A stretch of 64,000 nt of DNA from an uncultured virus (IMG/VR IMGVR_UViG_3300043777_000336) (taxonomy: Duplodnaviria; Heunggongvirae; Uroviricota; Caudoviricetes). Positions within the stretch are counted from its first letter, which is position 1. Each line of letters opens with the position of its first letter. The stretch lies in IMG/VR virus record IMGVR_UViG_3300043777_000336. One strand, 5' to 3'. Below are positions 30,159-40,590 of this stretch, piece after piece. The notes beneath the pieces are model-generated. The model had not been told where the DNA came from. It did not search any database and saw nothing but the letters and a program-made list of their open reading frames with translations. The translations under genes were made by a program, and so were the position numbers.

Positions 30159-30479
30159 ATGATCTGGAAACCCATCATCGACTTTCCCGCATACGAGATT
30201 TCGAATGAGGGGCTCGTACGCAGCAAACTCAGCGGCTTGCGCATCGCTGCGGTCCGAAACTACGGATTCCAGCGCGTTCGCCTCATTCGCGATGGTAAGG
30301 CTCACGACCGACGAATCAACGTGCTAGTCCTCGAAGCCTTCGTTGGCCGTCGACCGTCGCTGCGATTCCGCTGCGTGTTTCTCGACGGTGACAAAACCAA
30401 CATGCACGTCAAGAACCTCCGCTGGGCGCTGCGCGTACCGCCGCGTGTACCCCAGATGACCGGAACGAGGAAGAAGTGA
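30159..30479 (+). CDS. NUMOD4/HNH-like protein, probably catalytically degenerate
   Basis: WKPIIDFPAYEISNEGLVRS; LVLEAFVG; CVFLDGDKTNMHVKNLRW lacks the first His. Confidence 0.7.
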   Translation: MIWKPIIDFPAYEISNEGLVRSKLSGLRIAAVRNYGFQRVRLIRDGKAHDRRINVLVLEAFVGRRPSLRFRCVFLDGDKTNMHVKNLRWALRVPPRVPQMTGTRKK

Positions 30480-30541
30480 ATCGTACTGAACCCTACACAA
30501 CCGCCCGGCTTTACCGCTGGGTTAGACCGAAGAGGAATCCC

Positions 30542-30883
30542 ATGGCTAACGTCATCGACAAGAACGAGAACGAGAATGAGCAGGACAACGACGACACGCT
30601 CGTCGATTCCTGGGAGACCGAAAACGGTCTCGTCTTCGAACTGCACTGCATTCCCGATGGGAGCAAGACGCACGACGAACTGATCGTCATCGAGCCCGAG
30701 GATGAAAATGAGCCGGCCCCCAAGCGAGACGACAACGATCAAATCGTAGGACTCGCACTCAACCTCGAAGATCTCGACGAAGCGATGGGGATTCTGAATG
30801 AGATCCGCGAGAAGATGGTCGAACGCCAGTCCCAGCAAGCGCCGCCCAAGCCTCGCCTCGTCAAGGCCGCCGCCAAGAAGTGA
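30542..30883 (+). CDS. Acidic hypothetical protein
   Basis: GAGGA RBS; D/E-rich. Confidence 0.65.
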   Translation: MANVIDKNENENEQDNDDTLVDSWETENGLVFELHCIPDGSKTHDELIVIEPEDENEPAPKRDDNDQIVGLALNLEDLDEAMGILNEIREKMVERQSQQAPPKPRLVKAAAKK

Positions 30884-30926
30884 CTTGATCTAGACCGTAT
30901 ACACTCGTATTACGAAAGACGCCACC

Positions 30927-32027
30927 ATGGACATCCCCAAAGAGGTTTTCCCGGAAAACAAGCTCGATCCGACTGTCGACAAGAACGTCGCAATGAGCGT
31001 CGAGCAGACAATGGGCGTCGTGAACCACCTCAAGGTGGTGACGAGAAAGCGCCGCCAGAACTGGCGCTATCTCGTTCAAGCCGACGGTACCGCGGCGGCC
31101 GTCCGAAAGTTCTACGAGCTCCCCGAGAACGCTCCCGTCATCCAGCAAGGCAACGAATGGGCAGCATGGGCTGGCACCGGCGAACCCGATGTCGAACCAT
31201 TCGATCCTGTCGAGGTGGTACCGGAAGAGACCACGGCTACGGTCCTGGCCGAAGTTCTCGCAAACGCACCGCCGGGGACGGTTACAGAGATGTGGGATCC
31301 TCGAACAGCTACCGAGAAAATGAATGCGGACAAAACGGCTCTGAAGGAAGCTGCCGCGAGGATGGCCGCCTATGAGCGCGCCCGAGCCGGACGTATCGGA
31401 AAGCCGGACGTCTCGAAAGAGACTTGGGCGTACTCTACAAATCTACCACCTACAGCCGAAGCCATCGAGGCCATGCGAGAGCGCTATGGAGCCAGCGCCG
31501 ACGCGCCGATCGAACAGCATCCGGACGGTGACATCGTCGCTATTTGGCTCGGTAAGGGTGCTCCGCCGCGATCAGCTTTCCCCGAGGTCCAGCGTGCTCC
31601 AGCAGGTCTGCTGCGGATACCTGACACAGGGACCGTGACGGTACACTCTTTCCCGGTTGAAGGCGAAGGCCCTTTTCCAGCCAACACTAACCCGGTTCCC
31701 GGCGTCATCGGTGCGCTCCTACAGGACGCGCGAGATGCGCGAGACGCGAAAGCCAACGGTGGCAACGGTAACGTCACGACTCCTGCGCCCGCTCCAGCCA
31801 TGACCGAACCGCCGCCCGACCTACCCAAGAAGGTCAAGATCATCGTCCCCGAGACAACCCTGCACGATATGGCGCTCAGGCTCTATGGCATGAGCCAAGA
31901 GAGCTGCTTCAACGAGCCGCTGAGGAAGTTCCTTCTCCACGTGTCGGACTCGCTTCACGCCGAGGCCGGCAAACTCGAGGTCGCCAAAGTACGATCGAAC
32001 TTCAATCAACGATACGGGGCCAAGTAA
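30927..32027 (+). CDS. Hypothetical Pro-rich protein
   Basis: 366-aa ORF coupled to next gene. Confidence 0.7.
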   Translation: MDIPKEVFPENKLDPTVDKNVAMSVEQTMGVVNHLKVVTRKRRQNWRYLVQADGTAAAVRKFYELPENAPVIQQGNEWAAWAGTGEPDVEPFDPVEVVPEETTATVLAEVLANAPPGTVTEMWDPRTATEKMNADKTALKEAAARMAAYERARAGRIGKPDVSKETWAYSTNLPPTAEAIEAMRERYGASADAPIEQHPDGDIVAIWLGKGAPPRSAFPEVQRAPAGLLRIPDTGTVTVHSFPVEGEGPFPANTNPVPGVIGALLQDARDARDAKANGGNGNVTTPAPAPAMTEPPPDLPKKVKIIVPETTLHDMALRLYGMSQESCFNEPLRKFLLHVSDSLHAEAGKLEVAKVRSNFNQRYGAK

Positions 32028-32269
32028 TGGCCAGCGGCAATCCTCACCTCTCCGCGCTCTGGGTCGTCGACCCGGAGGAGGCCACCGCGGTCGTCGCCGG
32101 GGCGCTCCGGCGCAACGACGGAAACGTCACGGCCACCGCCGCTGAGCTCAACGTCATCAAGGCCACCATCTACCGCTGGATGCGCGAGCACAAGATCCTC
32201 GTGCGCGTTCGCGACATGGCGCAGCACCAGGCCGTCGAGCGCGATAAGCGAGAGGGGAGGGTGGAGTGA
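32027..32269 (+). CDS. Fis-type HTH protein
   Basis: ALRRNDGNVTATAAELNVIKATIYRWM. Confidence 0.75.
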   Translation: MASGNPHLSALWVVDPEEATAVVAGALRRNDGNVTATAAELNVIKATIYRWMREHKILVRVRDMAQHQAVERDKREGRVE

Positions 32270-32270
32270 G

Positions 32271-32588
32271 ATGGGAGTTCCGGGAATGCCGCGCCGGCAG
32301 GCGAAGGTACGGCTGGGATCAGCGATGCGGTCGACGGGAGCGACTGGAGCCTTCGAGCTTCAACACAAACGTCCGATCGCTGCCGGGCTAGACCCCGCAG
32401 GCGCGGAGGACAAGGCGTGGCTTCGCGGCTTCGGGCTCGCGCTCGCCGAGATTCGACGTCTCTACGACTGTTCGTCCGTTATCGAGATGGTCATGCGTAA
32501 TGCGAGCGTGACGCCCACTATGCTGGCCGAAGCTGGACTCGAAGACTTCGATCTCAACGAGATCAAGAAGTGCTGGCGTGTACGATGA
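32271..32588 (+). CDS. Hypothetical protein
   Basis: Coupled ORF. Confidence 0.5.
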   Translation: MGVPGMPRRQAKVRLGSAMRSTGATGAFELQHKRPIAAGLDPAGAEDKAWLRGFGLALAEIRRLYDCSSVIEMVMRNASVTPTMLAEAGLEDFDLNEIKKCWRVR

Positions 32589-34231
32589 AGCTTCACGTCC
32601 GAATGGAGTTTCTCAAGAGCCTCAAGAGCGAGAGGCTCAACGGTCTCGGCCGCTTCCGGACCGACGAAGATCTCGTCGACGTCAAGGCCGACTCACTCAC
32701 TGACGATCAGCTCGACAAGATCTTCAAGCTCGCCAAGGCGAAGCCGGATTTGAACGGCTCGCGCGGCCTCGTGATGAAGATCACGAGCTATCGCAACGTT
32801 CGAGCTGCACCGACCGGGAAGTCGATTGGCCGACTGGAGATCCTGGCCACCGCGTTGCGGGCCTACATCGAGCCGTCACCGAACAAGTGGCTCTTCCACG
32901 AAGAAAAGGACGGCAACGCCGTCCCGTACTTCGTGAAGGAAATCGAATTCAGCAAAGGTGGCCGGAACAGTCCGCCTTCAACTCGTATCGAGCTTGAGTC
33001 AGTTTGCCGACGAGAACGGGATTCGGAGCATGTCACGTTTCGACAAGAAGACCTGGGGAAAGATGTCGTCTCTTTGCTACACGAAAAAGGCTGGTATCTG
33101 GAGACGCCGGCCGCCGTGGCGCGATACTTCGAAGACATCGAGATCTACAAGAAGTACGTCCCCATGACCGGGATTCAATTTCGCGCCATCGGGAAAGGGA
33201 TTCCGCTCGAAGGGTACGGATACGACATACGATCCATGGAGCGAGACGGCGTTGCTGCCACGGTCGTGATCGACGATCTGCATCCCGACGGAGCGAGTAG
33301 TCGATCTGGAGACAACGCGTCCGGGTCAACATCGAGCAGTAAATTCTGGGGCAAGATTACTCACGACGACGAAGACGACGAAAGCGACAACGAAGACGAC
33401 GAAACGGTCGTCACTCCCGTCCAGCCCTACCTGAAGATCTTCGACCTCCAGCGGCACGAGTTCGTGCTCATCCACGTCCGAAATCTCACTCCCTACGTTT
33501 ACGACAAGTCGGCCATCGCCAAACTCGTCCTCCCCGAGGACACGAAGTCTCTCGTGCAGATCCTCGTGCAGGGCTCGTCCGAGATCATGGACGACATCAT
33601 CCAGGGCAAGACGGGCGGCACCATCGTCATCGCCACGGGGCCGCCGGGCACCGGCAAGACGCTGACGGCCGAGGTCTTTTCGGAGGAGATCGAGAAGCCT
33701 CTCTACGTCGTGCAGTGCTCGCAGCTCGGCACGAACGAGAACAACGTCGAAAAGGAGCTCCAACACGTCCTCGATCGCGCATCGCGTTGGCGGGCCATCC
33801 TTCTCATCGACGAGGCCGACGTCTACGTGCACGAGCGCGGCGACTCGATTCAGCAGAACGCTATCGTAGGCGTCTTCCTTCGGGTGCTCGAGCACTACCG
33901 AGGCGTGCTCTTTCTCACGAGCAACCGGTCGACCATCATCGACGACGCCGTCATGTCCCGGGCGACGGCGTGGATTCGCTACGACTATCCGAACCCGGAA
34001 CACCTCACGAAAATTTGGCAGGTGCTCTCCAAACAGTACAAGGCCGAGTTGAGCGATCAGCTGATTGGGCAGCTCGTTCGCGAGTTCCCGAAGGTGTCCG
34101 GCCGGAACGTCAAGAACCTGCTCAAGCTCGCCAAGATGCTGGCGAAGTCGAGAAAGAACCCGGAGGCCGACCTCGCGCTGTTCAAGTACGTGTCCGGCTT
34201 CCTCGACCTGAGATTGGAGAAGGAAAAATGA
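32585..34231 (+). CDS. AAA+ ATPase
   Basis: GPPGTGKTLTAE, LLIDEADVY, VFLRVLEHYRGVLFLTSNR, IDDAVMSR. Confidence 0.9.
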   Translation: MKLHVRMEFLKSLKSERLNGLGRFRTDEDLVDVKADSLTDDQLDKIFKLAKAKPDLNGSRGLVMKITSYRNVRAAPTGKSIGRLEILATALRAYIEPSPNKWLFHEEKDGNAVPYFVKEIEFSKGGRNSPPSTRIELESVCRRERDSEHVTFRQEDLGKDVVSLLHEKGWYLETPAAVARYFEDIEIYKKYVPMTGIQFRAIGKGIPLEGYGYDIRSMERDGVAATVVIDDLHPDGASSRSGDNASGSTSSSKFWGKITHDDEDDESDNEDDETVVTPVQPYLKIFDLQRHEFVLIHVRNLTPYVYDKSAIAKLVLPEDTKSLVQILVQGSSEIMDDIIQGKTGGTIVIATGPPGTGKTLTAEVFSEEIEKPLYVVQCSQLGTNENNVEKELQHVLDRASRWRAILLIDEADVYVHERGDSIQQNAIVGVFLRVLEHYRGVLFLTSNRSTIIDDAVMSRATAWIRYDYPNPEHLTKIWQVLSKQYKAELSDQLIGQLVREFPKVSGRNVKNLLKLAKMLAKSRKNPEADLALFKYVSGFLDLRLEKEK

Positions 34232-35448
34232 ACAAAGCTCGTCGACGTCTTCAGAAGCAGCGGCGCAAGAATCGGAGTCTCGCCAGTCTCCGCCTCGCGT
34301 CCCGTGCACACCTTGTACCTCCGGCGGCGGCTCCTGCACGTCCACGGAGCAAGCCTTCATCTCTCAAAGCAAAGCCGGAACCGAAGCGGAAGCGGTCATG
34401 ACTTACGCGCTCTGCTTCCTTCTCGGCGCTCTTGTCGGCTGGCTTAGCTACAAAGCCGAGGTCGAACACGAGCGACGCCGGAGCGCGGCGCTGTCGAAGG
34501 TCTTCGAAAAGAGGGAGCGAGGATGAAATACGACGCGCCGCAAACCGAATACACGCAGGCCGAGCTCGACGTCATGCTCGCCAAGATGCAGCAGGCCTCG
34601 GCCATGTTCTACAACAGCGCAACCCAGATCGGTAATCATCCATTTATCGAATTTTGCGGCCTAATGAACGAGTACATTACCGTTTGCCACAAAGCGCGTG
34701 AGCAGGGCATCGACTTCGCTCTGGCGAGCACGCACACGGGCAAGGGCCTCCCCTTCGAGCACTACAACGCCGCGTATCTGGCCGAGAAGCTGAACTGCAT
34801 CTACGGCCCATCGCTTCTCCAGAACGAAGAGCTACGCGACGCGTTCATCGGCACGCTCTTCGGAGGGGAGTACGTACTCAGGCCGAGCATCGAAAAGCTC
34901 GCTGCGGAGCAGGTTGAGTATACCGAGTTCAGGTGGCTAGAAGACCTCTACCGACGAGTCATGCAGCCGACAGACATTCCTAACTTCGCGGGCTGGTTCA
35001 CGGTCCGACTGTTCGACGGCATGGACGGATGCTGGTGCGATCTCGACGAAGCAACGAACGTCACGGGTGATGTGGCGCTCAAGGTCTGGAGTAAGAAGAC
35101 CAAGAAGGGAACGAAGAAAGTTGCGTTCTCCGAGATTGACTACTTCCGTATTTTCCCAGAAGACACTCGAATGACCTGGGACGGCTCTGAAGGACGGGAG
35201 ATGTTTCGTTGAACCCGCACAACAGCATCGTCGCGCTCAGCCCGCCCGGGATCAAGAACCGACGGTGGAAGTGTCGATACTGCGGCGAGGAGGGCTCATG
35301 CGACGACCTCATGGGACCGGAGCAGAAGAACCCGTGCTCTCACGTCTACCCGCCCTGCAAGTTCTGTGGCCAGACCCCGACGTGCGCGGCAAACTGCACC
35401 GGCATCGCGGCAGCGCTCAGCTCTCCTGACGTTCGGGTGATCTCGTGA
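34228..35448 (+). other. Hypothetical genes (34228-34401 basic, 34523-35212, 35209-35448 Cys-rich)
   Basis: Coupled ORFs. Confidence 0.55.
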
Positions 35449-35480
35449 CTCTCGTGGCCGAGCGCCGGTATACTCGGCCC

Positions 35481-36140
35481 ATGCGAAAAATCCGCGGCCT
35501 CGGCCAATTCAACCCGCCCTCCTACTTCGACGCCGGCTGGGCTTCGGTCTTCGTGGCCGGCTGCCAGGCGCTCGGCATCGACCCGAGCGATGCCGCCGGT
35601 CTCATCATCGGCGAATCGAGCTGGATGCCTACGGCGCAGAATTCGATGGGCTGCGTCGGGCTAAACCAAATCTGTCCCGTCTCGCAGGGTATTTTCACGA
35701 GCCAGGGTTACAGCGTATCGGACTACCTGGCACTTCCGGTGAGTCAGCAGCTCCAGGTCGGGGTTTTCCCGTACTGGACTCAGATGATGCAGAACGCGGG
35801 ACTCAGCACCATCTCGGGTCGAGACCTCTACTGGCTCAACTGGGTACCCGCGCTCTTCGTACCCAACTCACCCGACTCCTACGTCATCCAGAACCAAGGC
35901 GACCCATACTACTCGGCCGACCTCGACATCGGCGGTAAGGGCTACATCACGGCCGGTGATCTCCAGACGCGCCTCAACAACATGGAAACGAACAACCCCG
36001 ACCTCTGGTCCTACCTCCAGGGACAAATCTACGCGGCCGGCGGCATCCTTCCCTCGACGACCACGATGGTGTGGGGCGGGCTCATCGTTGGGTTCTTGGG
36101 CTACTTCGGGTGGCAGAAGTGGCGGAGGCGCGCCGCATGA
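35481..36140 (+). CDS. Lytic transglycosylase-like protein with RGLGQ leader and C-terminal TM
   Basis: MRKIRGLGQ; GIDP...IIGESS...AQN..GCVGLNQ (SLT motifs); TM + WRRRAA; TATACT 6 nt before ATG. Confidence 0.75.
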   Translation: MRKIRGLGQFNPPSYFDAGWASVFVAGCQALGIDPSDAAGLIIGESSWMPTAQNSMGCVGLNQICPVSQGIFTSQGYSVSDYLALPVSQQLQVGVFPYWTQMMQNAGLSTISGRDLYWLNWVPALFVPNSPDSYVIQNQGDPYYSADLDIGGKGYITAGDLQTRLNNMETNNPDLWSYLQGQIYAAGGILPSTTTMVWGGLIVGFLGYFGWQKWRRRAA

Positions 36141-38149
36141 GAAAGAGTCTTCTCCAAGCTGTCGAAAGCGACGTTCCGACCCCTCGACAGCCAACCCCTG
36201 GAGAAACCGTTCTCGGTTGCATCCATCAGCCCAATATACGTGCTTGTCACTACTATCACTTAGGGTCTCCAGGCATTCGATTCACTCGGCCCGACAACGT
36301 ATCCGGTACGGCCGATTGGCTGCTCATCTGCGACGCCTGCTTCGTGAAGTTCGGAGATGGTGTCATCGACGCGCTCGCAAACAAAACGTTCCCCATCGGA
36401 TGCGATATGCAGTGGCCAAAAAACGTCGACGTCGTGTACGAGAAGAACTAGCCGCAAATGAACGTGACAGACAACTTCGATCCCGAGGCTCCTTACGGAC
36501 GTCATCGCGACGGAACACCCATGCCACAGGAAGAATGGGCGGTTCGCCAGAATCTGGAAGATATGGTCAAGAAGTGCGCCTCTCTCATAGAGAAGCTCGC
36601 ACTCGCGCAATGCTCCGGCATCCTCCTTCCCGGCTTCGACTGCTCGAATCCAGACTGTCGCGCGTTCAACGGCACAGCCAAGGAGGAGCGTGCGACCTGC
36701 CGATGCTGTGGTACGCCCCGGCCCATCAATCTCGAAAAGACGATGCTGGAGAACCTGACGAGCGTGCAAGCTCGATGCACCGAGCTCCTATTGGAAAACA
36801 GAGAGCTAAAACTACAACGCGACGTCGCTCGCGGAGAGATCAATATGCTCCTTAGCGCCGCTGCCTCTCATCGTCCGACGAGTGGTCAATGACCTATCTC
36901 TACTACTGGTTCGCTTCGGGCGCGGCGGGTCTGGCGCTCGATGTGTTTTTCGCTCTTCTCGGCTTCGGATACGTGCACCGAAGCATGCAGAGGGTCAAGA
37001 TTCCCAACCTTCCGAAGAAATACGTCTTCGCCGTTTTCGTCGTTGGCGTCGTCGTCGGATCAACCTCATCCATGCTGCTCGGGCCCATTCGAATTGCCTT
37101 CGCGCTGGCGATGGCGAGGAGAGACAGGCTAGGGAAATGGAAATGACCGCGCCCGTCCGTTGCCGCTGCTACGACGAGCCCGACCCGCCCGTCCGCGCAA
37201 GGTGTCGTCTCTGCGGTCGCCTCGCGGGTCCCGAGCCCAAGCACGAATGCCACGCGACGGGCTGCAACGCTGCTGTTCCACCCAAGATGCTCATGTGCCT
37301 CAAGCACTGGCGGATGGTTCCTCGAGTTCTCCAGCGCCGCATCTGGGCCACGTATGTGCCGGGACAGGAGATCCGCAAGAACCCGACCGCCGAATACATG
37401 GAAGCGCAGCGGGCGGCGGTGCGAGCTGTCGAGGAGAGGGAGGGGCGAGCGTAATGGCCATCCTCGACTACAAGGAACCATGGACACCTCTTCCGTGGCA
37501 ATTCCGGTTAGGTGCATACCTAAGCATTGCTCCTGACTCGTTTATCGAATTCGTCAAGGTATCACACATCGGTCTTCCGGGGTACGACATCATTTCTCTC
37601 GAATGGATTCGCCGATTCAAGCTGCGCGAAGGAGACATGAATGGGTAGTACAATCCGAAGCGATCGTCGCGGATGGGACGAGGCTCAACACCGTGAGAGC
37701 GGCTTCGGTGTTTCGTGCTCCGTTCCAAATGAGATCTCCGCTGAGCGAGGCAGTCAGCTCACGAAGCTTGTAGAGCCTATGCTCAAGGAGCTTTTCCAGA
37801 TTCCAGTCGCGGATCGCCTCGACACTCTCGCTATCCTCATCGACTTTTACATTCGGCTTGAAATGGCCGGCGGCCTTTCCGAAGAAGAGAAACGAGCTCA
37901 GCCCGTTCTCGTCAACTACGAGGATCGATTCCGATGACGCCCGACGATCGCGCCCGCCGCCGTTTCGCTGCGCTCACATGCCGCCGACAAGTCCTGCGTA
38001 ACGCCTGGCAGGTCGGTCGATACCGTCGATCGCTGAAGCTCCCCGGCGCCGAGCTGAAGTTGCAGCTCAAAGAAATCAGCCAACTCGTTCCGGAACGGTG
38101 GCGCAGCGTCTGGTTCAGGAATGCAAAGAAAGCAGGGCTAGGGTGCTAA
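36137..38149 (+). other. Array of small hypothetical genes, several Zn-finger or TM
   Basis: 36137-36451, 36458-36892, 36889-37146, 37143-37454, 37641-37937, 37934-38149. Confidence 0.55.
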
Positions 38150-38799
38150 CGACCCGTTGGCCGAACAGGCTCAGTAAAGGCTCGTCTGAGGGTCCAGTGA
38201 TTCACGCGATACCACAACGTACGAACCGACATTCTAAGCTCAGTAGCCCAATCTGCGAGGATCATCTTCCTCCCAGCGTATGTGATCCAACGATTGGTTC
38301 GCTTATTTCGAGTTTGTTCCTTCACGGTCGCCCATCGACAGTTAGCTTCCCAACCATTCTTCACACACTCCGCGCATTTGCCGCACGAGTAGTGCAGATT
38401 GTTCTTCTTCCTCTCAATAGAGTACCCGGCTGGTCTCCGGCCCATGTCCCGAAGAAACCTCTCGTACGACCTTCTCCACGCCGCGCAAACGCGAATTCCT
38501 CTCCCTCCGTAACGGTAATAATTCGGGCTAATTCGATTGCAGCACCTTTGTTTCATAGACTTCCAAACGGTGTATTCGCCTTTCCGCTCGCCGTGCGTTC
38601 GGTTTCCGTCACCAATCGCCACCTTCCAGTTACATCCACACGACTTGGTGAAGCCTTGCCTAAGGTTCCCGTCGTAGACAACGACCTCAGTGCCGCAGAT
38701 ACACTTGCAGAGCCACAAGTCGATGTAGTGCTTCCGGCCGACGCACTTGATCGCGGTCAGCCTCCCAAAAACATCGTCTTTGTGTATTCTGGTTCCCAT
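38146..38799 (-). CDS. HNH-type homing endonuclease-like protein (YGGRGI family), antisense insertion
   Basis: FGRLT, WLCKCICG, KSCGC, WKSMKQRC, YGGRGIRVC, SIER, NCRWAT; lower GC. Confidence 0.85.
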   Translation of the reverse strand: MGTRIHKDDVFGRLTAIKCVGRKHYIDLWLCKCICGTEVVVYDGNLRQGFTKSCGCNWKVAIGDGNRTHGERKGEYTVWKSMKQRCCNRISPNYYRYGGRGIRVCAAWRRSYERFLRDMGRRPAGYSIERKKNNLHYSCGKCAECVKNGWEANCRWATVKEQTRNKRTNRWITYAGRKMILADWATELRMSVRTLWYRVNHWTLRRAFTEPVRPTGR

Positions 38800-38881
38800 C
38801 GCCGACCTCCGACAAGGTTTGCGGTCACGACCGCGGGACGCCTGGCAGCGTCGTCGCGGTCATTTCTTTCAGGAGGATACC

Positions 38882-39700
38882 ATGCCTAATCCGGTTGGCC
38901 TCGGGGTCTTTTGTTGGGAGTGGTCGCAGTGCGAAGGCGGAAACATCGACGCCATCATCGCCAAGACAAAGCGCTGCGGCATCGCCTGGCTTACCGTTCA
39001 CATGGACGACATCACCACGGTCCGTGTGACGCAGCTTCATGCGGCCGGGCTCTACGTCGCCGCGTGGAAATACTGCGTCCCTGGCGTCTCCGAGACGGCC
39101 GACTTCATCCATCACGCAGTTCTCTGCCGAGACTCCGGATGCGACGCCATTCTCCCTGACTGCGAAATCGAGTGGGAGACTCGAAAAACGCCAGACGGCA
39201 GCGTCGTTCCAAGCGACCGTCGACCCGAGGCCAAGATCTTCGCCCAGCAACTCCGCACTGCCCTCGGCGATGACTATCCGATCGGAAACTGCGGAGCCTG
39301 GCAATGGCCCTCACGCCACCCAATTTACCCAGATCACGCATTTGGCGCTTCATGGAGCTTCGCCGATCCAGAGAGGTACTGGACGATGTTCTCCTCTACA
39401 GAGCCTGCCTCGGCTGCGCTCGACGAAAGCGAAAAAGAGTGGGCCGACACGATGAACGCCGGGGCTTACAAGGCGCTCATTCCCATCGGCAGCGCGTTCG
39501 ACGGCAGCGCGCAAGGCGGCCAGCCTCTTCGTCCCGCGGACGTCACGAACTTCCTCGACCGACAGGAAACCTGTGCTCTCTGGTCGTGGCAACACTGTCC
39601 CGACACCATCTGGGCGCTCCTCGAGCAGCGGGCACAGGCCGCGTCTAACACCGCAGAGGTCTCACCCATCGCCTCCACGGACCGGCCGCCTACGACATGA
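38882..39700 (+). CDS. GH25-like TIM-barrel glycoside hydrolase (putative endolysin)
   Basis: AGGAGG RBS; LHAAGLYVAAWKY, ILPDCEIEWE (DxE), ALWSWQH. Confidence 0.55.
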   Translation: MPNPVGLGVFCWEWSQCEGGNIDAIIAKTKRCGIAWLTVHMDDITTVRVTQLHAAGLYVAAWKYCVPGVSETADFIHHAVLCRDSGCDAILPDCEIEWETRKTPDGSVVPSDRRPEAKIFAQQLRTALGDDYPIGNCGAWQWPSRHPIYPDHAFGASWSFADPERYWTMFSSTEPASAALDESEKEWADTMNAGAYKALIPIGSAFDGSAQGGQPLRPADVTNFLDRQETCALWSWQHCPDTIWALLEQRAQAASNTAEVSPIASTDRPPTT

Positions 39701-40457
39701 CGGTATTGGTTCAGGTGGAGAGCTTCGAGGAGGAGTGGCGGACCCACACACGCCGCGTTCAGGGTGGGCTGCACGGTCGACAGGTAAGGGTAAGCTACGG
39801 ACGCGCGTGCTTGTGGGTACGTCTTCAGTGCGGACACCACGTCCAGAGGATGGTCACCCTGGATCGAGAGGGCCGATTCATTGAGCCAGTCAAAGCTCGC
39901 TGTTCAGAGTGCTGATACGCTACGAGAAAGACAACGATGCCTAGAGATCACAACGCTCGACGCTCGAACGGCATGGTCCGCGCCGTCAACTCGGACGTAA
40001 CCGCCAAGCTCGATCTGCTCATCGAGGCCGCCATCGCACGCGGACGTGTCCGGAGCTCCGAGACTCTTCAAGAGCTCGACTCGGCCGCCATCGCCTACTA
40101 CAAGGTCTCGAAGGCTGCGACCATGGAGCGAGAGCACCAGCTCGGCGTCTGCAACGAGCTGTCGTGCCCGTTCTGCAAGCGCGCCAGAGAGCGAGCGGGA
40201 GAAGAAGAGGTCGAGGAGAAGAGTGCGTGAAGAGGGGGGACCGCCCGAGAATCTGTCGGCACTGCGGGAAGTCACGTAGTAGGCATCGAGCACGACTCAA
40301 CGGAAAAGGTCTTCGCTGTCCGGGATACAAGACCTTTTTCGAATCACCGCCAGGAGTGGCCAGTGAAGAAGACAAAATCGCAAAAGCCCTCGAAGCCACG
40401 AGACAGCGAAACGCGAGGACTCGTCACAAGGAGTGGTCCCCGTCTCGCGAGGAGTAA
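39697..40457 (+). other. Small Cys-containing hypothetical genes (39697-39915, 39937-40230, 40227-40457)
   Basis: Coupled ORFs. Confidence 0.5.
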
Positions 40458-40555
40458 GCAGCCGGTCGTCGTCTACCTCATGAAGGGCGAGGCGCGAAAT
40501 ACGCTGCAATCCTGACCTCTTGACGATTTTGTGCCTGATGCACCAAAAGTACCTA

Positions 40556-40590
40556 TTGACTCCTCAGGTGCCTATTGCTACAAGAGTGAC
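40556..40590 (+). promoter_or_regulatory. Sigma70-like promoter of the Ro60 gene (likely leaderless)
   Basis: TTGACT-17 nt-(TG)TACAAG, 6 nt before ATG 40591; CCTATTG direct repeat. Confidence 0.55.

Noticed and set aside
30476..30541. PKRNP upstream of the acidic protein as another NP member
   Set aside because: No TM follows, and the segment encodes the GAGGA RBS for ATG 30542; probably untranslated.
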